Shown here: piece by piece, positions 49,100 through 62,155 of the stretch
How the letters are laid out: every line of letters begins with the position of its first letter
Numbering within the stretch: the first letter of the stretch is position 1
DNA from: Pseudogymnoascus verrucosus
Taxonomy: Eukaryota
Direction: 5' to 3' (one strand)
DNA: 64,000 bases
NCBI GenBank assembly: GCA_001662655.1
Contig: KV460221.1
Notes under the pieces: model-generated
Told to the model about the DNA's origin: nothing
The model's database searches: none
The model's input: the letters and a program-made list of their open reading frames with translations, nothing else
Translations under genes and position numbers: made by a program

Positions 49100-50110
49100 A
49101 TGGCAAGAACAAAACAAACTGCCCGCAGGTCAACAGGTGGCGCTGCCCCTCGGGCACAGCTCGCTGGCAGCTATCAGCGAGGAGCTTATCTCTTCGATTA
49201 CGGAAACCTTCCAGTACAACAACATGATGATGTCTCGGAAGAGGAGCCTATAATTCCTGATATACCAATAGTTTTAAACGCAGCAACGACTTCGGGTGCT
49301 CAAACGGAGGTGTTTTCTACTCCGGACGTTCTTGTGATCATTCTATCTCAGCTTCCGCACTCCTCCTTGCTCAACGCCAAACTGGTTAATAAAACGTGGG
49401 CAAGCCTTTTCGATAACGTGGAAATCCGAGCTTCTTTATTTGAGTGCCCCAGACCTAAAGAATCGGCTCTGTATACGGAAACATATTCGGATCTATTGAT
49501 GGATAAGTTCTTGGCTCCTTGGCCAACCAACGAAGATGAGTATGCAGACAAGCACCTCAGTTGGCAATTGCGACAACTTCTTGTTTGCCAACCACCAGTT
49601 GAAGCTCTCGAGATTGTTCAAGAGGTCAACCAACGTTATGGCGGTGCTTTGGAATTTCGAACGATTATTCCTCGTCCCAACGGTTTGCGGATGGGGTTTC
49701 TTTATGATGCGATTAGACATTGGCATCAAGTGGAAAGAAGCCCTGTCAAGCTACTTTGGAATAGGAAAACTGGTGACCTTGCCGATAGCATGCATTATTA
49801 TCCAGATGGACCTGGTTACAAGACGTTTGGCGACAAGCCTTGCGTAACTATCTGGGGACAGAAAGGTGTAGGATGCGGGCAATACGGTGGTCTTACGTAC
49901 GAGCACTACCATTTTTTGCAGGATAATACGCAAACACAAAAGCCCAGAGTTCGGGTTATAGAAAGCGATGATGAGAAGGTGAAGTTTTCTATGTCGGAGC
50001 CTAAATCCGTAAAGCTTAATATGATGTTACTCCTTGCTTCTGACCTAAAAGGTCGGTTCAATAAATTTCTAGGAGAGTTATTGCCTAAACAGAACCAGCC
50101 TCAGGTCTAG
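49100..50110 (+). CDS. F-box-like protein with an N-terminal histone H3 tail mimic
   Basis: Starts [22 protein letters not shown]; aa ~71-114 [34 protein letters not shown] fit the F-box pattern; no histone fold. Confidence 0.8.
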   Translation: [336 protein letters not shown]

Positions 50111-51105
50111 ACAAATAGATTATCAAAGCTTTAAAAAATGGTATTTATTTATTTCTAGATACTGTAATTTAGGGTTGATTGAAATAAATACTTCGTCAAA
50201 ATCGTGAGGGCGGCGGTCGCTCACCCAATACGTCTCACACTGGTCAGATCCTCCCGAGCCTTCCTTCGGCCCGGTTAGTCTGTCCTGGCTGACTCTTATT
50301 CTGGGGATCTGACAGGTCCAACACGTCTAACAAGTCAATAGTTTCTTTTTTTCATCCGTTGATATTGAGTCGAAAATAGCTCGAAGGAGCAGTTATGTAG
50401 CCAACATGCGACCAAGGGCCAGAGTATGTCCAAAGGTAGTTGGTCGAACTTGCCAAGCCGATTATTTGTGCCAGGCATTAACCACCACGTAAAAACGCGG
50501 TCTTGAAACCCGCGACCACTTTCCCGAAAACACCAACACGCAGGGATCCCCATCTAATTTTAACCCTGTTCGCAGCTGCGGAACCATGTCGCGATCCTTC
50601 GGTGGTCGCTCCAAATGAAGCTATCCCTTATCATGAACATAACCATAAGCACATGACACTAGCATTCAATTACTACAGCACCAAGGGTCGCACCAACACA
50701 CAGCCCCAAAGTGCTGCCGCATCTCAGCCGCACAGCCATTTCGCGCATGCACCCTGACTTGTGAAACCCAAAAATGGATTTTTTAGAGGATCCCGACATG
50801 GTATCATTGCTGGCCTTGCCGGCAAGACGAGGCTGTGGGATTGCGTTCCCTGTTGCGGACCCCAACAGCATGCGAGCACTGTCCCATTAGGACGTGAAAT
50901 GTCCCGCGATAGTATCTCAGTGGGCCCTTATTTCGTTTTTCGCGTTGTAGAGGGGTTTTGTTCCGTGAAGAGGACATGGCGCTGGTTGAAACTTCATGGG
51001 CCAGGATGACAGGGCTCGACGACGGTTCGCAATGTATAAGGGTGTCGGTCGTCCATTGAGCATTAGGCGGACGACAGAAAGAAGTTTAGAGCTCGAGATT
51101 CAGCT

Positions 51106-53110
51106 ATGTTCGCGCCTTACTTTCTGTTCGCGCTTTGCTGGTCTATATGCCTCGGCTCCGTTGCTGCTGGCGCAGCTCCCTTGAACAGCAATCTCCAGAT
51201 TCGCAATGCTCCAGCGAAACCGTCGCCGGAGACGCTGTGGGCTATTCGGCGTGGACTCTCCTCTGCCGTAGCAGTGAAAAACGTTACCACCTTCAAAGGC
51301 AACACGTCTCTCGATAGTAGCTGGGATGGAGCGGTTTTGTTCCACTAGTACGTTAACAGCCTACATCTTGATGACTGGTGGCTAAACTATCCATAGCGAA
51401 GATGGAGCCGAGAAGGGCAATAATCTCTCCGTCAGCGCCAGCGTAGATATCATCTGCACGACGTGCTATATTAAAGGCCTGGCCAGTGTGCAGTTTACTA
51501 TAGATGGGGGCTTCAACTTCAGCGAGGCAGTTGGCACCGTCAAGACTGAGATCGGAGAGGAGGTCACCAACATTACCAACACAGTCGTTGACTATATTAA
51601 AGATTCAGCCAAGAATGTCACTCAGAGTGTGATAACTGGCGACTTTGATGGTTTTGACTTCCCGCCGTTCGATGTTGACTTCGATATCGACATTCCCAAG
51701 CTCCCAGAGTGCAACCTCAAATTCCAATTCGATGGTCTAGAGCTATACATGGAAATCGACACCATATTATCTGGAAGCGCCACATACACTCTCAATCTGT
51801 ACACGTCAAACACCCCAATAGGCTTTGCTGTTGGCAAGGAATTGTTGGTCGGTGTCGTCTTCTCTATCGACTTAATTATCAGTGTAGATGCCGAGATCGA
51901 TATCAGCACCGGCTTCCACATCCAGCTCAATGATGGAATAGCCATTGATATTCACATGTTCGACCACGACGTCTCAAGCATAACCTTGTAAGCCCAACAC
52001 CCCATCACTCCCCACAAACACCCGTCAGAAATACAACATACTAACCCACCACTCCCCCAGCAACGGCGGCAACTTCGAGTTCCTCCCCGTAACCCTCGTC
52101 GGCGCCGACCTCATCCTCACCGCCATCCTCCGCCTCGGCATCCGCTCTGGCCTCGAATTCAGCACCCCCACCTCTTTCATCGGTGGCATCCCCGTCAAAT
52201 TCAGCACCGGCATCGAAGCCGGCGTCTGGGCCGACGTCGCGAAGCTCGTCACGAATGTCACCGCCGCTCCCGACCGTGAGGACTGCCCCCTGCAAGTTGT
52301 GGAGGAGTACACCATGCTTGTTGGCGCGAATGCAGGCGCCTCGTTGGCGATCGGTGAGCATTCGTGGGGACCGGAGCCGAGCACGCAGGTGCCGATTTGG
52401 TATACCACGCTTGTGGATATCTGTGCGGGTGCAAAGACGACGGCGGCGGCGGCGGCAGTCACGAGCGTGGCGGTGGTGGGAAGAGATGAGGGGATGACTA
52501 CGACTGTTACGGTGGTTACGCAGACGGCGATCGTGTGTTTGTCTACTGGGCTTGTGGAATGTCCCGCGTCGCTGCAGTCGGCGGTGAAGAATGTGGTCAC
52601 GAGTACGTTGATAGCTCCCGTGCCAGTGGGTACTGCTGAGGCGTTCCCGACTACGACGGTGGATGCAGTTGTGAGGACCAAGGCGTTTGGGACGGGTGCG
52701 AAGGAGATTGGGGCTACGACTGGGAGTCCTGTGTCGTATGTCCCGACGGTTTCGTCTACTACTACTACGTCGGAGCCTACGAGCAGTGGATCTACGTCTG
52801 CACGAACAGATGACAACATTATTGAGGGGAAAACGAAAGGTGTGAGTAATAAAGTCATCATTGGCGTCAGTGTGGGTTTGGGCCTGCCGGTGTTGATTCT
52901 GATTATTGCTGCGTGCTTGTAAGTTTTCCAACCCCCCTTTTTTTGCGCTCAGCTTGGTTTCTGTATACTAACCACGCGAATAGTTACTGTTACAAGCGCC
53001 AGAGATATACTCCTGTGCAGATGACGGAGTCGCCGTATATTGGTGGGAAATCGAATTTTGGGACGCCAGAATCGGATAATAGCGGCTTTGATGTGGCGCA
53101 TAGGGGGTGA
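51106..53110 (+). CDS. Secreted single-pass membrane (cell-surface) protein, 4 exons
   Basis: Signal peptide; beta-rich ectodomain (DIICTTCYIKG), Thr-rich stalk, TM VIIGVSVGLGLPVLILIIAACF, short cytoplasmic tail. Confidence 0.75.
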
Positions 53111-54519
53111 GGATGGGCGGCACTCGTAAATGTGGTGTGTGGAGTTCGGGTCGGGATTGGATACCAGGATATTTTTATGAGAACTGGATGGTTCGGGGCG
53201 TCTATGAATATGAAAATGATATAATGCCTTTTTCACGTAGCTTTCGTCGTTTTGTTTCATGGAGGTGATTGTGTGGTCAATGTGGTCGTTTCAGCAAGGG
53301 CACGGACTTTGTTTCAGGAGCTGTTGTGGTGACAGAATGTCGACCTGAGGCTTGCGTTTCGTGTCCAATAACTATAAATCTCCTATTATAAAGCTATATA
53401 TCGCAATAACAAGTAGCTTGGATTAATAACTAGAGGCTAGAGGTTATTCTTCCTTGTTTGTATTTGAATATTCGTGTTGTTGAGGTGGGTTATCAATTTT
53501 ACATATTCTCCGAATATTATATTAAATTCCGACTATACTAAATATATTAACTTACTGAACACAAAAATTATTCCAACCTCTTAACATCTAAATAATGAAA
53601 CCCTAATAGAACATATCCATTTAAAAACACCCCGAACTTGCCAACGCAATTATCTCTCATCTGTGTGCGCTATTTGATGAACCATCATGTTCACGCAACA
53701 TGCGAGTCGTAGCACGTCATTGCCGATCAAGAATGGTAATATAAAAAGTGGCTGCCCACCTCCTCGATTATGTTGTTGTCCGTCTCTTCTATGAACATCT
53801 AACACGACAGGAACTATTATATTATATTGAATACTCGGATCACAATGGAGTTGAGGGTAGGTCTGCGTAAGTGTATTTGTTATTGATGTATTCTATCTCT
53901 AATGTGGCTGTTGCCTCTAAGTTGCTTCCTGCCTTTTACTGTCGGTCGTACCTTCCTTTTGCCTCACGTATCTTTTACCGTCAGTCGTACCTTCCATTTT
54001 ACAGTTTCCTGGGCTACACCGACACGAATTCATATTTACGAGTGTCAATGCCAAATTTCCATAAGTTCTTATGTGAATAAACATTACAATTTTAATTATG
54101 GGAAGTCCCATAGGCGAAGGTGTGTTGATAACAAGAGAGAACAGGAAGCAAATACAGGAGCAGTCACGATTCACAAGCATCATCAAGAGTCTGAATTAAA
54201 GGCAAGATTCCGATCCATTACTAGCACTATTAAAACTAAGGCCACAGGAGATCCCAACAGGCGTCCCCGTCCATCTCAACTCCGCGTGACTAAAGACTAG
54301 AAAAGACCCTTCCACAAGCCCGAATTATCACCCAATTTCCACTCCAACACCGAGAACAAAAGGAACCATCTCGCACATGCTGCCATATGCGAGAATATGT
54401 AAGGAATGTCGACCATGCGCACGCCGATCACGCGCACCGGCGAGAGTATGTGCAAAACTGTACGGCGGACCTGGCCAAGGCGGTATTGGCGAGTAGCCGA
54501 ATCAGGTCGAGTGTTGCAT

Positions 54520-54877
54520 TTACAACACAACGTTGACCTGGAGACCGTTCTGGTTCACACAGTTCTGGGTCTTTGGGAATGTTAGTGACTGAAGATGTGG
54601 TGGATGGATGAGGGATGGGAAAACTTACTCCGGAACCGGTGTTGCTGCAGCAGACTTGCTGGTTGGCGCAGGCACCGAGGACGTTCTGGAGAACGCAGCC
54701 GATGGCGAGGAGACCGGCCTGAGACTGGCAGCAGTAGTTGGAGCCGTTGGAGCACTGGATGTTGCCGTTGTTGGAGTGATCGCCACCGTGTCCACCGTCA
54801 TTGGGGGCGGCGTTGGGGGCGGCAGTGGAGACACAGGCAGTGGCCACAATGGTGGTGATGATCTTGGAGATTTGCAT
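54520..54877 (-). CDS. Hydrophobin, 2 exons
   Basis: Signal peptide; after splicing, 8-Cys pattern C-X6-CC-X10-C-X8-C-X5-CC-X9-C ending TQNCVNQNGLQVNVVL*. Confidence 0.85.
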
Positions 54878-57800
54878 ATTTGCGGTTGGTTGTTTGAAGC
54901 TGAAAGGCTTGAGAAGAGTTGATTGAAGGTGATTGAAAGTGATTGAAGTGAGATGAAGATGAGATTGTTGATGATGAGAAAGGAAATCGAATGAAGGAGA
55001 AGAGGGTGGTCTTTATAGATTTTTTCGAAGGGCAAGAGACGTACGAGCTCGCTCCTACATTCCCAGATAGGACATGTCTGTCCGTTTGTTGCTGTGGGCT
55101 GTTCTCAGGAGACAGAGATCGCCATGCCGCTAGCGGCTGTGGTGGAGATGCATTTCAAGACAGGAAGAGGGGGCTGGGTTGATGCAGTGCATGGTCGCGA
55201 GTGGATACGCGGTAAGAGTCTCAAGGTCTCTAGCTTATGCCCCTTGATCCGCCGCAAACTGACAAGTGAGACAGTAAGATGGGAGAAACGCACGGGGACA
55301 GACAAGTCAGCGGGAATTTGGGATATTGACCAGGTCATCTTGCAGCTCAGCGTTGCACTGGAATAGGTCGAACGGGCTGTTGAAGCTCGACTGAGCTAGC
55401 CGATCATCTAAATTCATATGTTCCTACTGTTTCTGGGAAAGATTCTAACTTTGGCATTCACAAAAACGGAGGCAATAGGGGATGGATGACGAAGATCTGC
55501 GGTACTAAACTGCACATGCCATCCTGCAGCATAGGGTTGCTTCCTTCTTGTTTCTCCGGGCACATGACAAACCGGCGGCATTGGGAATCCCGCTGTTCCA
55601 CAGCATAAACTTGCCGCTGAGAGGAAATTGAGGCATAGACTGACTGGCATTGACAATTATTTTCTTTAGCATAGCTCTATTAGGGATAGCTGGACAGCTC
55701 AGCGGGCCGATGTGCTGCAGCTATGGGTAAGAGCCTCCTTTCCTTGGATGCCGCGACCAACCAGTTTGATGCGCTAATATTGATTATACCCGTGGGCCCT
55801 GGTAAGGTTTGCCACCAGTCCCGCCTAAGATTGAAAGAGCTGTCTCTCAACAAGAGTCCATTCAAGGCTTGACAGCTCTCTGGAGGCTTTCATGTGGTCC
55901 GGATGGAGCCACTCGGAAGAAGAGGTTGGCATCCATGTTTCACTGTTGAGACATGTGTTTATACAACGCCGAGACACAACAAACAGAGCACCAATACCAC
56001 AACAATAATACTACCTGTTGCTAGACAACTATATGCGATGCCTCGGTATGTAACCGTTGTACCCGATAATTGACAACGAGGAGGCCAGGAATTTCTGTGC
56101 CACGTTTCGACGTACAGACAGTTTTAAAAGCAAATGTGATATTACAAGTGATTGGACGGGTACTCCCGACTCGTACGCAATAGCTGAAGATAGGGAAATG
56201 AGAAGCAGCAAGGAGAGTTGAATTTCCCAATAAAGAAATGAAGAGGTTTCAATCATATCAAACATATCAATCATAATCTCTCCTTTTGATCAGATTTGAT
56301 CAGATATCGATGTTTAACGCCCACTAGGGCTGAATTAGATCGCCCCGGAGGCACGGACAAGACGCTACTCGTATGGTGGGGAACACCATCACGGACCACC
56401 CCCATATTATTTACATATTATTGAGCTACTAAGCTGACCAGTTAGTTATCCGGGAGAACCCGGCCGCCACAGCTCCCGCCAACGAATGCAGGGGGGCCCG
56501 AAAGTATGGGGTGGCGTTGATATGTTTGTGATTTGTTTGTACTCCCTATCTCCTTTCGGCTTCGTACGCATATCAGCCTAGGCATTCTCCTTTTGGAGGT
56601 ATCAGTTCCGATATCCGCCCGCCAGGGGGTAGGTTGCTGCACGGGATATGTCTTGAGAAATGGCACAGCAACTCTGGACGTGGACTTGCTTGGACTCACA
56701 ACTAATTTTAAAACGCTGGCCTGGAGTGCTGAAAACGGTAGTACTGCATAGCATAGGCGCCGTACAGTATGATGCAGTACTGTACAGCGCATATGGTAGG
56801 TGTTTACTGAGGGGGTGGAGAGCTCCCTGTTCTTGCTTAGGGGGTAAGACTTCCCCGCAATTAGCCAGGCCAGTCTGGACGAATCTAGCAACGGCTATGT
56901 AAAACTCAATCTGCACGTTCTCCGATTGCAGGTATTATTACTTGTTGTGGAACTGTGCTGGCAGTCTGTGGTGGGGATGATTGGCCAAGACGGGGCATCT
57001 GTGAGACAACAGGATGTGATTGCCACCCACAGAACTAACGATTCATTGCAGTGCCAACGTTCCCTTGACATTTCCGTTTAGGTGTGTTTGTTTACGAAAA
57101 TCGATGTATTATAGTCGATCTGGCAGATCGCTCAAGACACTAGTGGATTTAGTAGGGGGAAATCGCGATCGAGGCAGAGTGGATGGACTCTCCCGATCCT
57201 ACTGCCCCTCGATGGAGCTCATTCCGGCTTACGGCTTATGGCTTACACGGCCCATAGTATTTTCTGTGGGCAATATTACTCCTGAACAGACGCCTCACCT
57301 TGCTTTAGGTATACCTGCCTTGCCTTGATTTTACCTTGCCTTCCCGCGCCTTTTGCCTTGCTTTGCAGGCATCATGCAAGGGGCCTTGTCGATAGATCAT
57401 TTTTTCGATGGAGCAAACAAAAAGGGGATTTGGCGTCGGAGATTTCTCAGCGACAAAACAGGGTAACCAAGCCTCAACCGCATGAGGCCCAGCCGGGGTG
57501 GCTGCACTCCTAGTTTGAGGCTCCACGGGGGTGGCTTGGTATTTGGAAGAGATCTCGCCAGTAAAAATCGAGGCGTTACCTAACTGGGTGTCTTACAAAC
57601 AGGCACGACGTTGACTCTCCTTCTGACCTAGTCATTTCCGTGCCCTGTGTCATACGCTCCAATGTGTGTCTGGAATATATCGATACGACAGACATCGGAT
57701 GATTGGGCGCTATTGAAATCTCTGCAGCGCGAACATGTAGCACAGCCTGACCAGCAGAACATGTTGTTGTCTCACGGGCTCAGGGGAAACACAGCAGCGA

Positions 57801-58259
57801 GAGGGCGAAGCGCCGGGGAGGCTCTCTTCCGATGTTGCCCACGGTGTGTAGGACGGTGTGTTGACAAGTCAAGAGGTGTTACACAGGAGTAAGACCGAAT
57901 TATCTATTATTAGGCAGGATTCATTGTTGGGCTGGCAGGATGAGAGACATATCTGGATTATTCCGGTTCAATAATGCACACCGCCAGCTGAAGCTGTATT
58001 GGAATTCGATGACCGAAGCGTGGCTGGATTGTTCGGTGGCAAATATCGAACGGTTTTGGAGACTCGAGCTGAACCTCGGGCGAAACATCTGAATTCAAAA
58101 TATGGTCAAGAACGGAAAGAGCTCGGTCCTATGTACAACCTCCTCATAGCCAGATATTCACAGTTCCCCCTTTCCCTGTCCAAAGCCGTCCTGCTTCCAG
58201 CCTCCTGCCTCCTCCCCCCACGCATCGCCAACTCTCCCATCCTCAGCGTCAGCAGCCAT

Positions 58260-59407
58260 TTAGCAAGTGAACAGAGCTGGGCCGGGAATGGTGTAAGTCT
58301 GCGCCTTGTACGAATCGTATACGATTCCTGGGTCAGTCGCCTTGTATGCGCCGGGGAAGGAGACCTTGGAGCTCGGTCCAGTGCTTGTTCCCGAGCCGGT
58401 AACCTGGATCTGGTGGCATGAAGGGTACCACTGCGCTCCCGGGTACTCGTACGCAGAGTGCAGGGCGATCGTCTCGTGGCGCACGAGATAGTATCCCGCC
58501 TTGAGGCATTTGGGGATCGTGTACTTGTAGGTCGACGGCGCGGTCATGAGTTGCGTCTGCGAGTGAGATCTTAGTTAGCGGCAACACACACGAGGGGGAT
58601 GAGTGAGTTGTGGTGCAGGGACGAGATGAGGAAGATGAGTGAGTTGTGGTGCAGGGACGAGATGAGGAAGATGTAAGATGTAAGATGTAAGACGTACAGA
58701 TCCCCAGACGTTGCTGGTTCCAACTCTGCCCATCTCTGCGACCTTGAACCAGACGGCCCTGTGCGTGGTTTGTCAGTTCGCGCGCGCTGGAAGACATGAT
58801 GATCTGATGTGAAACTCACTTAGTCCCAGGCTGCCAGGTCGTGCAGTCACCGTCGCAGAGCGCCATATATGTAATCGTCGGTCCCACTGCATCGTGTCAG
58901 TACCCCGCACCCAAAAACTCCCTTCGTGATCACCACACGTCACGATTTCCTCAAAGCACGACAGACACGGACGGGCTCGCCCGCTCTCAGAAGGAACAGT
59001 AAGGTAAGGAGACTCACCATGGGAATCGGGCCACAACGTCCAGTTAAGGCTGACTTCTGATCCTGCAGCTACCGGACCGCCAACGAGCGGCGCGGGCTTC
59101 GACCCGACGACGCCGCCCTCCGAATACCCATTGCACTGGATGTCGATGCTAGTCAAGTCCTGAACGGGCCCGTTGCCAGGGACGGCGCGCACGATGCGTG
59201 GCGGGGGGGTTGGGTAGTACGGGTCCGAGTAGGGCTGGTATCCCTATTTCCTGCGGCGTTAGTTTTCTGGACATATATAAGAGGAAGGGAGGGGGGGCAT
59301 ACGGTGTAGGTAGTCCCACCGATGACGAGTTTATCGACGTAGCCGTGGGCGGCGACGGTGGAGGCCAGGGAGGCGGCGGCCACGAGGGAGGTTGTCTGGA
59401 AACGCAT
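58260..59407 (-). CDS. AA9 lytic polysaccharide monooxygenase, multi-exon, no CBM
   Basis: Signal peptide then His1 (HGYVD); NGPVQD, WPDSH|VGP, YLVRHETIALH, GAQWYPSC, FPGAY, YTIPGP. Confidence 0.92.
58598..58669. repeat. Exact 36-bp tandem duplication inside an AA9 intron, next to (GATGTAA)3
   Basis: GATGAGTGAGTTGTGGTGCAGGGACGAGATGAGGAA x2. Confidence 0.85.
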
Positions 59408-60255
59408 GTTGAAGGTCTTGGAGAGCGGTATGGATTGCGGTGCGATCGACGATCGAGATCTCCTTCCAACCCTCACACCTCCCCAGCCTAGGAGCTTCTT
59501 ATATATCCCACGCCCTGACGCCTCGCCGGAGCCAAACCCTCCACCGCGCCGCAGCGCCGATACTCTTCATATCTCACTGACCTCATCCCCCACCCCCAGC
59601 CCGGCAGCGGCGCGGCGGCACTGGTGGAAATATTTAAGTTTTGGGGACAGGCACACACCCCGGTGATGTTTCCAATCTATTATATTGCGGGGTGGGCTAG
59701 GATGGCGAGATTAACCGGCAGCGACAGATTTGACGGCCTGAGACGCGCCAGTCCGTCCGCACTTTATATAAAGGTCCGCGTGGTCCACTCGGGGTGATCC
59801 TGAGTAAACTTTCATGCCCTTGTGTGTGCCGTGCTGGCGGTGCGTTGTTCGCGGCAGCTGGATTCTGGGGATTGTGGAGGGGGGATGCTTGGGTGGCTCT
59901 TGGGATTTGAGAGTAAGGGATTAGGGATTAGGTCCGAGTTAGAGTTTGGGGTTGATGGCGTGCGCCCCACGCCGAATGGTTGGCACGCCGTGGCGGCGGA
60001 TAGGCGGGACGTTCTCCACTGATCAGCTAGCCCTCGGGCGCTCCACGTGAGGGTTTAAGTGCCGTCTCTTCATGTCGGCATCTTGGCTTGCTACTCTATT
60101 TTTTGTGGTGGTGTTTTTGGTTTGTTTTTTTCTCGGAATACGGCTCACTATACTATGGCTGATCTTCGCTCTATGTACAATTATCCCTGATCCCTCCCCC
60201 TCCCCCTTCCCCACCGGTAAGCCCCTCCGGACTCTTTACTCTAAAACCTTTACTC

Positions 60256-62155
60256 TTAAAACTGCCCCTCGGTATTTCCCTCTCCCATGCTCTTACTGCT
60301 GCTGCTACCACTCTGGATGGCGCCGAGGATACCATCAATGTAGCTCGCCCCGCTCCACTTCTGGTGCGTCAGCACATCAACACCCAACTCCTTCTCCGGG
60401 CGCTGAATCAAATTGACATAAGCCAACATGCCCTCATCCTTGAACTTCCTCGACAGCTCCGTCGTAATGGTAGCCGTGGAGTGGATCCCCGCCAGCGAAA
60501 TCAGCTGCAGCACAAACCCATGCTTCGCAATGTCCCAGATAAACGACTTGAGCGTCTCATCCGTGAACCCGTGCCCGCTCCAGTTAAACGACGGCGACAA
60601 GTTATACACGAGGCCCTTGCCCGGGTGACGCTCGCGGATCTCCCCCGCGAACCGCGCTGCGTCCTTGACGACCGGATCCCCCGTCTCAACCCAGAGCAGA
60701 TCCGCGTACGGCGCGTACTCGATCGCGCGCTTGGTCGCTGCCGTCATCCCGGCGCGGTAGTGGTAGTACCCCTCGCGTGTTCGCGGCACGTCCCACGAGA
60801 AGAAGATGGGCGAGTCGGTGAAGCGCTGCGCGTACTCGTTGCGCTTGGTGACGGAGAGGTCGCGGTTCGCGGCCGTGTGGGCGAGGTAGGCGTCGATGTC
60901 TGATTGGGGCACGCCGCGGGCCTGGAAGGCTTGGACGGCGGCTTCGTCGAAGGAAACGAGCTTGGTGTTCTTGACCCAGTTGGCTTCGAAGTCGTCGATT
61001 TCGGAGCCCTTGGCGCCGGATTGCTCCATGGCTTGGAGGGTTTCGGCGAGGGGCTTGATGGAGGGGTCGGCGACACCGAGGATGAATTCGTGGTCGCGGA
61101 CGTCAATGGCGCTGCTGATGAGCTTGCCGCTCTCGGAGTCGGTGCGCGCGATGACGAGGTTCTCGGAGCCCATGACGTCCCACTGGAAGCGCGCGGCGAC
61201 GAGGCGGTTGATGTGCTCGCCGACGGGGACGAGGACTTTGCCGGCCAAGTGACCGCACTTCTTGCCGCCGTGCATCTGGTCCTCGAAGTGGACGCCTGCG
61301 GCGCCGTTCTCGGCGAAGAGCTTGGCGATCTTGAGGACTGAGGAGAGGCCGCCGTGGCCGGTGTCACCGTCTGCGATGATGGGGCGCAGGAAATCGGTGT
61401 AGGGGGTCTTGGCGCGTTGCTCGGGGGTCAGCTTGCGCCGGGCGTCCCAGTGTTTCCTGTCGTGCATGGATTGTGCCTTCGCGAGGCGCTGGACTTGGTT
61501 CGGGACGGTGTTGTAGGGATAGTCGCCGAAGTCTGGGGAGACTTCGTTGGTGGTGGTGAGGACGGCGGAGCAGGCCCAGCCGGAGACGTAGAGGACTTCT
61601 TGGTTTGGTGCTTGTTGGGTCATTTGGACGGGGTCAATTGCTCCCACTGTAGTTTTGTTAGCATTCTGTTATTCCTGTAGTATTTGTAGGGTGTAGTCTT
61701 TGTAGGGCGTAGTCTTCGTAGGGTGTGTCATGGCAGTACGTACTTGTGTGAATTGGCTCTCCTGCCGCCTCGCGCTCCTTGATGAGGTTGAACAGCTTCC
61801 TCGCCATCACAGAGCTGGGGTATGACTGCAGCTGACTGCCGCGCTTCGAGACGATGTCCGCAGCCGTGTAAGGCCTCTTGATGCCGTCGTATCGCGGGGT
61901 CGCCCACCACGCCTCGACATCCTTGATCTGCTGGTCGTACAGCGCATCTTCTGCCGCGCCGGCCTTCTCGCTCTCGGGCAGCAGCTGGAAGCCGTCGGAA
62001 GGCAGCTGTGCGGATATGGGTGGGTTGGCGGGCTTGAGGGCTGCCATCCTGGGGACGGCGGAGGAGAGAAGGCGGGTGCGGGGTTGTTGGGAGAGGGCGC
62101 TGGTGAGTGTCGCTGGGGCTTTGCGAGGGAGCGTGGAAGCTATCCTGCGGAGCAT
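60256..62155 (-). CDS. ICL2: Mitochondrial 2-methylisocitrate lyase
   Basis: Arg/Ser-rich presequence [30 protein letters not shown] catalytic motif, [16 protein letters not shown]; divergent from a methylcitrate synthase-type gene. Confidence 0.88.

Noticed and set aside
49100..50110. Histone H3 or CENP-A gene
   Set aside because: Similarity stops at residue 21; there is no histone-fold sequence.
48915..50240. 5S-like traces flanking the H3-tail F-box gene (ACATACGACCA at ~48915; weak reverse match at ~50210-50231)
   Set aside because: Matches are short and in opposite orientations, so they cannot be one split 5S gene; could be chance.
53350..53650. AT-rich patch as a RIP-mutated transposon relic
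   Set aside because: Short, with no TIR, TSD or transposase remnant visible; consistent with a convergent terminator region.
54900..58200. Hidden genes or elements upstream of the hydrophobin
   Set aside because: Only short ORFs without motifs; no terminal repeats seen.
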